A stretch of 64,000 nt of DNA from Enoplolaimus lenunculus (taxonomy: Eukaryota). Positions 12,001 through 22,000 of the stretch are shown here, piece after piece. The first letter of the stretch is position 1; the number at the start of each line of letters is the position of its first letter. The notes under the pieces are model-generated. The model was given only the letters and a program-made list of their open reading frames with translations. It made no database searches and had not been told where the DNA came from. The DNA is taken from NCBI GenBank assembly GCA_030248215.1, contig JASANG010002570.1, positions 186,001 through 250,000 on the forward strand, given 5' to 3'. The translations under genes and the position numbers were made by a program.

Positions 12001-13186
12001 TGGTGTTAAAATCAATAGAAGTTTGAGTTTTGTCTAAAAGAACGAATATAAAAATAAGGATGTTGGGTTAAACTAAACATGGGAAGACTTGAAAATAAAT
12101 AACAGTCCGTTAAAGGTTTCGTCGATAACTAACACCAGGACAAATGCATGTGCTACCACAATATTGGGTAGCAACCTACAAGCATGGTGCAGTGGAGAAA
12201 ATTTTAGCCCTTTCACTCATAGAGTATACTATGAGCAACTAAATACAATAATGTACGAGCATGACACACACTGTGAGCAGCGTTTAACGTTTATAACATA
12301 TATGCGCAGTGCAAAATCTCCACAAGACGTGAGAGCCTACTCGGGCTCGAGCGTCAAGCTCCTATAGCTCAGTGGTCATCATAAACGCCTCCCACCCGTG
12401 AGACTGGGGTTCGAATCTTACCTTGAAAATACATATCATATGAAACTGAAAATATTCATGTGAGAAAGGGTTAAATAAACCGTTCAATGTAAATTCCAAT
12501 GAGTTGATTAATCAATTCAGCTAGCGAGTTGGTTATTTCTGAATTAATACCAGTAAACATTAACTCACTCTGAGTTGATTTGATTCTCACTCTGAGTTGA
12601 GCTGACGCTGGGTGAGTTGATTAATTAACTCAGAATGAATTGAATCAATTCAAGTTTCTGAGTTCTGAAAGTCTTAACTCAGACTGAGTGATTCAACTTT
12701 CTGAGTTAAAATCAACTCACTGAAATTTACAGTGTTGCAGCTTCTAATTTTTCTTCGCTAAAAACTTTTTTGCTCTATATATTGCTTAATACAGGACCCT
12801 CTGGATCATGCCGCTGTACCCTCGTGGTGTATATATTTTGGCCTCACGTAGGACGTCATCTCGTTTCTGGATCAGCACATGCACCCCTGAATACTCCAAT
12901 GAGAAGTAAATTCTTATACAAATTTGGTATCGATTGCTGTTTACAGGCTCGCGGATTACTGTACCAATTTATACGACGCGACCGAATTCCGTGCACCCTT
13001 AAAGACGTTTGCAGTCAACTGCAGTCTTGCTCAATGCAGTTTGCGCAACAAAACGCAACAGTTTGCAACCGGAGCGATTCAGTGAACAATTCATCAACAC
13101 ATCACGGATGGGAAGGTGGAAGCACTCCGAAAATTGAATGCGTTCAAGTTCACGATGATAAGAAACCCTGCTGTGGAGCAAATTAA
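84..13186 (+). CDS. TBC1D16: TBC1 domain family member 16-like Rab GTPase-activating protein, spliced; 5' end lies upstream of the window
   Basis: Phase-consistent GT-AG exons: 84-265, 1099-1278, 2186-2334, 7586-7726, 8170-8473, 9656-9811, 11656-11844 (NAGNAG acceptor, alternative 11659), 12947-13186 (stop). Peptides MRSLRLF..GQLVIATPESRYKILHFHHGGLDKL, AIFFGGVEPSLR..WPFLL, KDVVRTDR (R-finger), GYIQGMSDLLAPI (Q-finger), LLFTHRWILLCFKREF, YFHLFICLAI and ARGLLYQF resemble TBC1D16. Confidence 0.9.
819..1067. mobile_element. TTAA-flanked MITE (piggyBac-like termini) with internal tRNA-like segment
   Basis: TTAA|CCCTTTCTCACAT ... ATGTGAGAAGAGG|TTAA; internal GGATTCGAAC (B-box on the minus strand); subterminal hairpin GAGTTGCC-TGTA-GGCAACTC. 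Confidence 0.7.
2497..2645. repeat. Short fold-back (palindromic) element
   Basis: CATGCGTACACCAGGTGACTTTTGAG at about 2514 is inverted as CTCAAAAGTCACCTGGTGTACGCATG at about 2599-2624. Confidence 0.65.
3066..3283 (-). mobile_element. Telomeric-repeat MITE (GGCCCATGT TIR family)
   Basis: TIR GGCCCATGTAAA..CAGGGGCGG / CCGCCCCTG..TTTACATGGCC; internal (TTAGGC)n. Confidence 0.75.
3406..6802 (+). mobile_element. Full-length RTE-clade LINE in the TBC1D16 intron 2335-7585, same orientation as the host gene
   Basis: About 160-bp 5' UTR, intact ORF, very short 3' UTR with a small stem-loop (TGACCC-TAT-GGGTTA, 6765-6779) and an (ATG)6 tail at 6785-6802. The 5' boundary is inferred from an empty-site-like repeat copy at about 12036-12110. 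Confidence 0.85.
3567..6767 (+). CDS. Non-LTR retrotransposon single ORF (1066 aa): AP endonuclease with inserted PHD finger, plus reverse transcriptase; RTE clade
   Basis: APE motifs WNVRTL, ACLSETR, YTLYWSG, GVGI, VYAPT, GDWNA, NQIDFIL, SDHGLV. RT motifs NYRGISLL, QAGFR, FVDFAAAFDSI, GVRQGG.SP.LF, FADD, FTYLGS. RTE-type C-terminus LLYACETW..RRLYWFGHVARM. No stops or frameshifts. Confidence 0.95.
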   Translation: MSFQPYRFNFHRRQELRIASWNVRTLLPSGATDIVSRTLSRHDINIACLSETRFPDSGCKPILPCFKTDNRRQRFTDSNFRYPCTVCLGNATRGSIGCTKCGLWCHYTCAGFDCIRTARASAAAWKCIVCRDEEKANEDLPKKSYTLYWSGPSDGSGNHGVGIALEQSLASCVKAYDFISPRVMRIRVKCRPFNLCIVSVYAPTETSTDAVKDQFYSEVDTALAGVAKSDFLIVAGDWNAQLGPRHPCEGSMLGPFSLGTRSNNGDRLVSLIGQQRLFATNTGFKHKRRHLATWMSNAGNAENQIDFILVRDRWRTSVLDSRTFWGNEWSSDHGLVRCRVRIRFSASKSRPMKKRYDVDRFKVVETREDFRQTYVRVGTAHNVDADVEQRCALMATNLNQACSETLGVRRINRSGWISNETISLMDQRRSQPKCNRLRNAVRRAVAGDREVMWTRFVVDAEQANRVGDSRKLFQMVKSLNKKGCAPPTLKDRNGILIDGKQAKLDRWAEHFKELLNRPSPANPLSAEDLGTPIPATCIRVEPPSLEDVKKAIRSTRSGRAGGEDGLPPEAYKYGGEPVATDLVSLFETIWRSESIPSDWEIAEVVPLFKKGDKSMCKNYRGISLLDIASKILEAVLMDRIKQWRDPLTRENQAGFRAGRSCADQIFTLRQVIETRNEFGRATFIGFVDFAAAFDSIDRDSLWLIMAASGVPQKIISMFRALYRSTKCRVGVYGTATDTFEIHTGVRQGGISSPILFNWCVDWLLKVSFDDHDDGVLMGSETDDSSVLSDLTFADDIAVLAESPEQLQRMLDRLDENAKRIGLVISTAKTKILCCGTETRPKISIARETIEVVVDFTYLGSSISSSGDGSTEIRTRIAKAYNAMLALKAVWGNRNLSKQLKRRIYMACVRPVLLYACETWPIKANHERRLDAFDHQMLRWILHVSYRDHVTNVEVRRQMGIKETVSESILKRRLYWFGHVARMETVRLPFKSLFHPIPADEGWRRPFRGVRNTWQRKLFKDVNCRPVHDIVNRNAAVFKRDYLTLLRQLAMDRSGFVLLVDKIASCK
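7893..8093 (+). mobile_element. Telomeric-repeat MITE with perfect 8-bp TSD
   Basis: TSD AAATTGTT on both sides; TIRs; internal GCCTAA repeats. Confidence 0.85.
9395..9641. mobile_element. CACTGTAAA-terminated MITE (AACTCAG-rich family)
   Basis: Ends (CA)TTGTAAAT...ATTTACAGTG. Related copies at about 12484-12733, 45030-45278, 46543-46788, 58621-58872 and 59097-59348. Confidence 0.65.
10362..10615 (+). repeat. GC-rich 21-bp minisatellite (GACGGACGGCGCTGTACGGGC)n
   Basis: About 10-12 tandem units; related GACGG-rich sequence at about 15625-15700 and 54730-54880. Confidence 0.9.
11276..11524 (-). mobile_element. Telomeric-repeat MITE with perfect 8-bp TSD
   Basis: TSD AAGTATTT on both sides; (TTAGGC)n core. 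Confidence 0.85.
12205..12474 (-). mobile_element. Related TTAA/CCCT MITE subfamily with tRNA-like A/B boxes
   Basis: Ends ATGTGAGAAAGGGTTAA; TAGCTCAGTGG (12365) and GGTTCGAATC (about 12408) on +; sister copy in the opposite orientation at about 43780-44045. Confidence 0.65.
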
Positions 13187-13337
13187 TCCATTAGGCACAG
13201 AGTATATGACCAATGTATAGAACAGGGCCGGAACAGTAGTGTAAGCATATTCCTAAGCCTAAGTCTATAAGCCTAAGCGTATGGATGAGACTATTCCTAA
13301 GCCTAAGCCTAAGCAAAAAAATTAGTCTAAAGCTTAA

Positions 13338-14509
13338 CTCGTTCTCACATGAATATTTTCTATTTCTCGTGAGACCTACTTTTATGCTAGGATTCGAACT
13401 CCAGTGACTGGAGTTGGAGGCGTATTCCATCACCACTCAGCTATAGGATCTTGACGCTCGAGCCGGAGGGGGCTCTCACGTCTTGTGGTGATTTAGTACT
13501 ATGTATACGTCTTGCAATTGTTAAACACGGTGCGATATATATTATTTAACGTATATACACTGCGCTAAGTTGCCTATAGGCAACGCAGTGTGAGAAGGGT
13601 TATAGATAGTAAACTGAAAATTTTTCGCTTATCCCTTTAACCCTTTCTCACATGAATATTTTCTATTTCCCCTGAGACCTACTTTTATGCTAGGATTCGA
13701 ACTCCGGTGACTGGAGTGGGAGGCGTATACCATCACCACTCAGCTATAGGAGCTTGACGCTCGAGCCCGAGGGGACTCTCACTTCTTGTGGTGATTTAGT
13801 ACTATGTATACGTCTTGCAATTGTTAAACACGGTGCGATATATATTATTTAACGTATATACACTGCGCTAAGTTGCCTATAGGCAACGCAATGTGAGAAG
13901 GGTTATAGATAGTAAACTGAAAATTTTTCGCTTAACCCTTTAACCCTTTCTCACATGAATATTTTCTATTTCCCCTGAGACCTACTTTTATGCTAGGATT
14001 CGAACTCCGGTGACTGGAGTGGGAGGCGTATACCATCACCACTCAGCTATAGGAGCTTGACGCTCGAGCCCGAGGGGACTCTCACGTCTTGTGGTGATTT
14101 AGTACTATGTATACGTCTTGCAATTGTTAAACACGGTGCGATATATATTATTTAACGTATATACACTGCGCTAAGTTGCCTATAGGCAACGCAATGTGAG
14201 AAGGGTTATAGATAGTAAACTGAAAATTTTTCGCTTAACCCTTTAACCCTTTCTCACATGAATATTTTCTATTTCCCCTGAGACCTACTTTTATGCTAGG
14301 ATTCGAACTCCGGTGACTGGAGTGGGAGGCGTATATCATCACCACTCAGCTATAGGAGCTTGACGCTCGAGCCCGAGGGGACTCTCACGTCTTGTGGTGA
14401 TTTAGTACTATGTATACGTGTTGCAATTGTTAAACACGGTGCGATATATATTATTTAACGTATATACACTGCGCTAAGTTGCCTATAGGCAACTCAATGT
14501 GAGAAGGGG
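13338..14509. repeat. Head-to-tail array of four TTAA-MITE units, period 303 bp
   Basis: Units start at 13338, 13641, 13944 and 14247; near-identical; whole array flanked by TTAA (13334-13337 and 14510-14513). Confidence 0.9.
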
Positions 14510-15173
14510 TTAAATTTTGAAAGTACATTCCTAAGTGTAACATTGTATTATCGCTCAAGCTATTGACACAAGACAAATAAACGTTTAATTCAACGGATAA
14601 TTGCAGTACCGGATATATATCAGTAACGAAGGGCGGCGGAGCTTGGGTTAAAAACAAATAACAGTCCGTAACCGAATAACAAGGGGGGTGGTACCCTGTG
14701 GAGAGGCCAAATAAATACCAGTCCCCCTCTTATTCGGGTCACTACAGTAGGCGCCAGTGTATAGAATAGGGCCGAACAGCAGTACATGTATATTCCTAGG
14801 TCTAAGTCTAAGCCAAGCCAACGCGTACGAATGAGCTCAAGCCAAAACCAAAAAATTAATCTTGAAGCTTTAGCTTATGCTATTGCAGTCCCGCAGTTTA
14901 ACGTTTCGCCCCTGAATGGATCGTTGTAACGAATGAACTATTATGCTTTACACGGTTGGGCTGAACTATATTTTCGCTTGAAATATACGTGTAGGAAACC
15001 CCGTCAGAGCGTGAACGGATCAAAACATTCCGGTTGCAAGCATTGCTTCAAATTTCAGACCGAAAATCGCTCATTCGAACATAAAATCTAAGAGAACAAA
15101 TTTATTCTTGATACACGTCGAACTGTATCACAAATAAAATTAATTTCAAGACATCATTTTAAATGTGCAGCAC

Positions 15174-15539
15174 CAGAGTACAGCCTGAGGTCTGCCTCTG
15201 CCTTCGGCTCCGGCAGAAAATCGGCCTCCGGTTCCGGCTTCGAATTTTTGCCGAGGTTGCGGCAATTTCGATAGTAAAATTTTGCATAATTTTGCGCAAT
15301 TTATCTGTTTAGTCGCGCGTTTCGTTTTATATTTTTGTCACAATTTTCATGAAAATTGTCGAAAATTTGCAGGAAATTAGCGTAAACCAAGCAACTTAAC
15401 AACATTTTGCAGATACTGGCTAAAATTAACTATTTAACCATCAGTTTTATTTACCTAATTTCGCCTCATCTCCGGCTCCGGCAAGTTTCGTTGACATCCG
15501 GCTCCGAATCCGGTATTTTTGACCTCCGGTTGCACTCAG
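15174..15539. mobile_element. hAT-like MITE (CAG termini, 8-bp TSD, CCGGCT-rich subterminal repeats)
   Basis: TSD TGCAGCAC on both sides. Sister copy 43164-43431 with TSD CGTTTAAC/CGTTTGAC. Fragments at about 8567-8960, 26522, 35690, 50660 and 55752. Confidence 0.75.
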
Positions 15540-16020
15540 TGCAGCACCTATCAGCATAGTTGTTAATTGATCTTATAACCTTTAAGGTTGGCGTTATCTG
15601 TTTAATAAATTTTAATGTCATCCGCTGCCTTCCGTTCTGTCACCGCGTCGTTGGGCACGCAAATTACTCGCGTCCGATGCCGCACGGTGATGGACGGCGT
15701 ATCAAGACAAATAACGCTCTCTTAATGAACAGCGAGCTTCAAAATTTCACACTGTTTTATGCATCAATTGGCCCATGTATAGAACAGGGCCGGAACAGTT
15801 GTATAAGCATGTTCTTAAGCCTAAGCCTAAGCAATAAAGTTATAGTCTAACGCTTAAACTGACTCTATTATAGCCGCGCCGAAAAACGATCCGGCCGCTA
15901 CTGTGCTGAATCGGAATTACAGACTCGCCACAGTCGTAGATCGATTACATAACAACCTATCACTATCAAACATGACATGTGTTTATATACAGTTTGTTGA
16001 GAATGACGTTTATTGTTTGG

Positions 16021-19000
16021 CTACGACCATATGTCTTGAAGATATCTTCCTTCCGATTTCAGCGATTCTAAATATTCTTTCGCTTCGTTCAAACTTGAAC
16101 CTAAAAACCCCAAAATGAGATTAAACAATCCGCCATATTTTGCCGTCTGACAAAGCAGTATACTGCTGAAAATTCATGCTTCAAGTAGCGCATTACATAA
16201 GGTTTGGTCCGTAACTTATTTATAATTAAGGCGTTAACAAAAAATTGCTGGATAGTCCGGCTAATTTGAACATACTGTTTTCCAAAGTGTAACAGGTGAC
16301 CCGTCTCCGTTTCCGGTAAAAATCGGTATACGTTTCCGTTTCTGTTACAGAAATAACGGAAATAGTTATTTTTATGCTCAAAACTTGTTTATAAGTTACG
16401 TATATCTCGCAATTTTTCATTACAGATATACTGCAATTGTTCAAAATGAAATAAATATTACGAAATTCTTTCTTCAAAATTTTACAAACACCGGCGAATA
16501 TTTGCACGTCTCAAATGTGTTGGCAGAAAAATAGAAAAACGTTTGAAACTTTCATACCTCAATATCTGATTTTTGTTTCCGATTCCCTTAGCTCGATCAC
16601 TATCCATTTCCGTTGCCGTTATTACCATCTGTTTACACCCTGCTCATTTCTAAATAAAGAGTGATTTGAAACTAATATTAATCAAAGTTGCGAGGCCATT
16701 CGATTTTAAAACCATCAAAAGACCTAATCCCAAACAAACTGACAATCCTTTGGCATTCGCACTGCCTTAGGTTTAGTTTGCACTAGTCTGACTAAAATTA
16801 AGCTTACGCTTACGCATACTCTTAGCCTCCTGTCCGTGCGAAGTCTGTTGTTGTTGTTGTGCGTTCGAACGTCTGGACGCTAGGGCATCATTGACGGCCG
16901 GTGAAACGCCCGCTATGTTCCAACATTTTATACACGTTGGTCGGGCGTTTCCATAGGTCGTCAACCGTCGCGTTTGCGATAAGGAACTTCAATCAGTACG
17001 GCGTAAGTGCGGGGCAGACTTGCACAACTCGTCGGGCTTCCTCCGGATGAAGAGGAGGTACCTTCCAAGTAGCCGACAGGCCCTTACTTCGAGATCTGTT
17101 TAAGTACATTGCCCCTTTAACCTTAATTTATATCTCCTTACCTTTATGCTCCTGTAATATTTCAATCCACGCATTATAAACGTCATTTGCCATTCCGGAC
17201 GCATCTCCACAAACATACAGCCGACATCCGTGAGTGCTGTTGCTCGATAGCAGCTCAACTAACCGTTTACCATAGATTTTCATTGCATTTTGAACGTACC
17301 CAGTAGTAACTGTATAGTTTTCTGGCAATTCAACACCGTTATGCAAATGAGATTCCTGTAGCAGCTTAGCTATGTCATTAACGTTTACGTTTTCGTTCTT
17401 GACCGAATCTGTTGAATTTTTTGATCCGTTTGATGCTACTGTACCTTGCGCCAGATCAGCCGCCGCAGGATCTTGAGGTACGTCAGGCCGTGAGAAACTC
17501 ACACTGAGATGTGTTAAAATGTTCGTTTTCAACAAATGTTCCAATTTGTTCCTAAAATACATAATATAAGTGTAATCATTCAATAACTACAACGTTATTC
17601 TTCCATTGAAATTTTGCATTTATACATCTAAAAAATCAGAGTGGTAACCTCTGCCGAAAATAACGAAAAAATAATACAAACGTGTTTTGCGTCATTAGGT
17701 CAAGTATGACACAAGGAATCTGGATCTACAGCATTTTTTGCTTTTCCTCGAAAAGTTAAATATTTGCCCTAAGTCGTTCACTTATAACTAAGTCGGCAAA
17801 GAAGCTTAATAAAGACATTATCACAAACTACAGACACAAATTTGCGAGCAATAATTCTGGCTTACCTGTATATGTAGTCATATCTGGCATTCCGGCATCC
17901 GAAAAACAACCATCGTTCCGTTGCGAGTTTCTGGTCAGTCTGCTCGCCCAAAATACCGTCTAACTCTTCTAAAAAACCTAAATACGGTGCTAAGCCAGTC
18001 CCAGGTCCAATTAGCACCATTGGAGTCTCAGCTGCATCCATATGATCGTCTGGTAAACTAAACGATGTCCGCTTTTTCAAAAACACATCAACAAGTTGTC
18101 CTGGCTCGATTGTGTTACACAAATATCCGCTGGACAACCCATTTCGATCGTAAAACCTTCCACCAGTTAGGTCAGCAGGTATCTGAGTCCGATTGAGAAC
18201 AAACCGAATTTTGCCATAGGGCAGTGCATCATCTGTCGCTGTCACTGAACCGGTAGTATCAGTTGATAATACTGACAGAGAACTGTCTGTCCTGGCGCTT
18301 GCGTCTTCGTTATCTGACACTGTGGGAAAATTTTGCAATTTTCTCACTATTCTAGTCGTTTTTCTTACGGTGCTAGACGTAGTTCCACTGGTCGATGACG
18401 CGACTGAGTACGGTCGTGGCTGTAGTCTAGGCAAAAGTTCGACGAACCGGGCGACAGGTACTCGAGACGAGACAATAGATGGAAATGCGTGGATGACGTC
18501 CAAGAGGCCAAGTCTTGGTTTAAGAATCAAACGAACAAAATCTGCTGACGCTGAAGTTGCACATAAACGAAGCATTGCAGATTTTTCGCTGTTCGATGTG
18601 GCATAATCAGCCAATGCCCGAAACAATGTCTAGAAAACCTTAGACAAACGTTAGTTCAAGTATTTTACAGTGACATCTGCCAGAGCTTGAATCAATATAA
18701 AGCAATGCGAAAAACGGGATCAGTTACGGATCAAAATGTCCATGTTACTTTAAGGGGCGTAAAGGTTTTTGGTGGGTCTATAAATTCTAGATTACAATTT
18801 TTTGGTTAGTCTTAGGCTTAGGTTTCGGAACACATTTCTGTAACGCTTAGGCTTAGGCTTAGGCTTAGGAATACGCTTAATCTACTGTTACGCCCCTAAA
18901 AGTAACATTGGCCGATCAAAATGTAAGCGAAAAAACGCAGTTATTTTTTGAAAACAAATTTTTTTCTGAACAAAGCAACAACAGAACTAATAAATTAGTT

Positions 19001-22000
19001 CAAGTATCCATCAGTTACTGCGACCCATACTGATTTGTACAGATGTACGCCCATATTCTCAAACGTCTGTAGCGCCTATTGCCAGTTGGTGATAAGTCAT
19101 GTGACGTTCGAGGCAGAGAACTGCGCTATCCTAAATTTAGCTCACATACACTGTCAAGAATACGGCTACTGAACGTACCTTGCTCACAGGTTTTCTAAAA
19201 TCCAAACACCATGTAAACAATTGTGTGAGCGAAATCTGGCCGTTCGCAGGCAAAAACGCTGGGACTTTTGCGTTTTTCTTTTCGGTTTGTTGCAAAACAG
19301 CAATTGTCACCGGTTTGATTGCATCTGCTGGCGAAATGTGTAACGCACGCAGGAGACAGTCGACTTCGTTTGTTGGATTCGGACATATAAAATATAACGC
19401 GTCTCCAGGGAAAACTTTATGAATCTAAAACAGATATTTGAAAATTTGTGAATCAGCGCTGTGTGTTTCTGAACGCTGCAAAATTCGGAGCGAAAGTTGG
19501 AAACTGGAATCATTGAAAATTCTAGCAGCTCATTGAGCACTGAGAATAATTTTTTAGTAAAATGAGATACGCATTGTGGGCAACAGATCACACACCACTC
19601 CTTGAAGCTCCTAAAAATTTAAAAAGATGACTGTGCATTGTTTACACAAACACCCACCTACATCTCAGTGCTAAAAAATCAATCAAACTAACCTCTAACC
19701 TGATCCAAGGGACTTACCAGGTCAAGGACATCAAATACAAGTTCGTATTTTTCTTTGCCAGCTTCAGGACCAGTCAACAGCCGTCTAGAAATCAATCTGG
19801 CCGGAGAAATCGTCGATGCAGCCGATGCAAACGCAACCCCATTTTCTATTAGTTTCCCACTAAGGCGCAAGTTTGCAGACGGTTCAATCTACAAACAATA
19901 CTAAAAATACGCAAAAAATAAAGCTAATAAAAATACGCAAAAAAATAAAGCTAATAAAAATACGCAAAAAATAAAGCTAATAAAAATACGCAAAAAATAA
20001 AGCTAATAAAAATACCCAAAAATAAAGATAATAAAAATATGCAAAAAATAAAGCTAATCCAATTATAATTGTTATAATAATTCTCTGCTGGATTACGCAA
20101 AATACACTGCACAAAACTCTAAAAAAATGTGGTCAGAGCAGCCAACAAATTCGTTTTTATGCAGCTGTCAAAAACCTACGACATAATACTGGCTAAATTT
20201 CGAGTTTTATTACTAAAAGCAAAGAAATCAAATCGTTCCAGTTTACTGGTTAAACTTCAGCGTGAACCTAACCGTAAAACTAGCTTAAACCCTAAGCATT
20301 CCCTATCGAGGTGTACGGTAACCTTACTCCAACTACTTTTCAAGTATCATGAAATTTCCAATTAATAACCTTTATAACAAAATTTCATTGTAACTTACCG
20401 TCGAAGCCTTAGAATCACTCAACGTGACTTCCAAATACGGTGCAGCAGCTTTCGGTACCTTGACCGTATCTATCGGCTCTGCCAAGGGGCCGTGTCCATA
20501 TAGTCGAAGCAAAACAGGGGGCGTACCACACGAACACGAATTTGACGCCGGGAACGTATCCAAACTGCACCCACCTGTATTTCCATTATCCGAAACTTTG
20601 TTCGCTATAACCTTTGGATTTCTATCAGCATCTGGGATGCTCGACGCATCTGTGTCTGGCGCTGGCTTATTTCCTTTTAGCTTGGAACTTTGAACCAGAC
20701 TTTTTTCTGACGTGTTCACAGGATTATTTGGCATATCAATTATATTTTTACTACTGTCCATAATGTTTTCATCAGCAATGTAATCGGCGTCAGACAGCGC
20801 ACGTTTTACTGCCGACACAAGGCCTTCAAGCCACGGTTCCGCAACCAAATCGGTCCTGAAACAAAAATGCTTTTCGCAACAAACACAGCAACTGAACACT
20901 TTTTCATTAAACCATTCCTGCAGAAATATTTCTACTTCGTCTGAGATACTATAATAATAATAATAATAATAACTGGCTTCTCCACAGCGGGGGGGCAGCA
21001 CTTTTCGAAATTTTCATTTCCCCCGGAGAAAATTTTGCCGCCCCCAGGAAAGACCCCCCGGCGAATTTTCGGCCGCCCCCCCGCAAATTTTTTTGCTGAG
21101 GCCCCCCAGGACTTTTCTAGGCCAAAAATTTTCAATGTTAAAACGTAAAGACCTGGACTTCTTTTGAGGCGGACATTCGACAAAATATGATCTTATATTA
21201 CGCTGAGTACTCATAATTTTTAATAGCGTTACAAATACCCGTAGTAACTAATACAATTCAATAATGTCCTGAAAAAAAGCACAATTATATAAAGACCGTT
21301 TCAGGGCATACAGCATTCGAATGTACCTTGCAGCAGCAAGTTTAACCCGCCTGAGCCTTATGATGAACTGGAAACTCCTGGGGACCCCCCAGGAATCGCC
21401 CCCCAAGGCGGAAATTTTCAAGCTGTGGAGAAGCCAGAATAATAATAATAATAATAATAATAAGAATTCTAGAACAGCGACCGTAGTTAATACAAAAGCA
21501 CATAGAAGCCTTCGCGAAAATTTTGCGGCGGTCACGTTCGACCTCGAATTCACGACGTACGAATCGTCATTTGAGAAATGATTCCTGGTCAACCTTTAAA
21601 AAAGTAGTTTTCTGTGAAAAACAAGCCATGTATTCTAAGTCATTTTACAGTTTACTATCTCGAAACAAATTTCCCGTGAATTGATTGAATTTTTGCCCAC
21701 CGGGTGCAATTTTTTAATCAGTGGGATTTAGTTACCCAGTCAGCACATTTAAGGGCATACAACTTTAGGCCCATGAATAGAACAGGGCCGGAACAGTAGC
21801 ATAAGCATATTCCTAAGCCTAAGCCTAAGCCTAAGATTAAGCCTAAGCGTACGGATGAGCCTATTCCTAAGCCGAACCCTAAGCCTAAGCAAAAAATACT
21901 CTAAAGCTTACACTGACTCTATTATAACCCCTCCGGAAAACGATCCGACCCTGTTCTATACATGGGCCCAACTTTATATCAAACACTTACCCAACTTGAT

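Noticed and set aside
13338..14509. Regularly spaced repeats as a possible CRISPR array
   Set aside because: Whole 303-bp units are repeated with no unique spacers; eukaryotic context and no cas genes.
16720..16830. Possible intronic telomerase RNA template next to the structured island
   Set aside because: No clean ~1.5-repeat template for TTAGGC on either strand; the nearby TTAGG/CTTACG words look like a decayed telomeric MITE.
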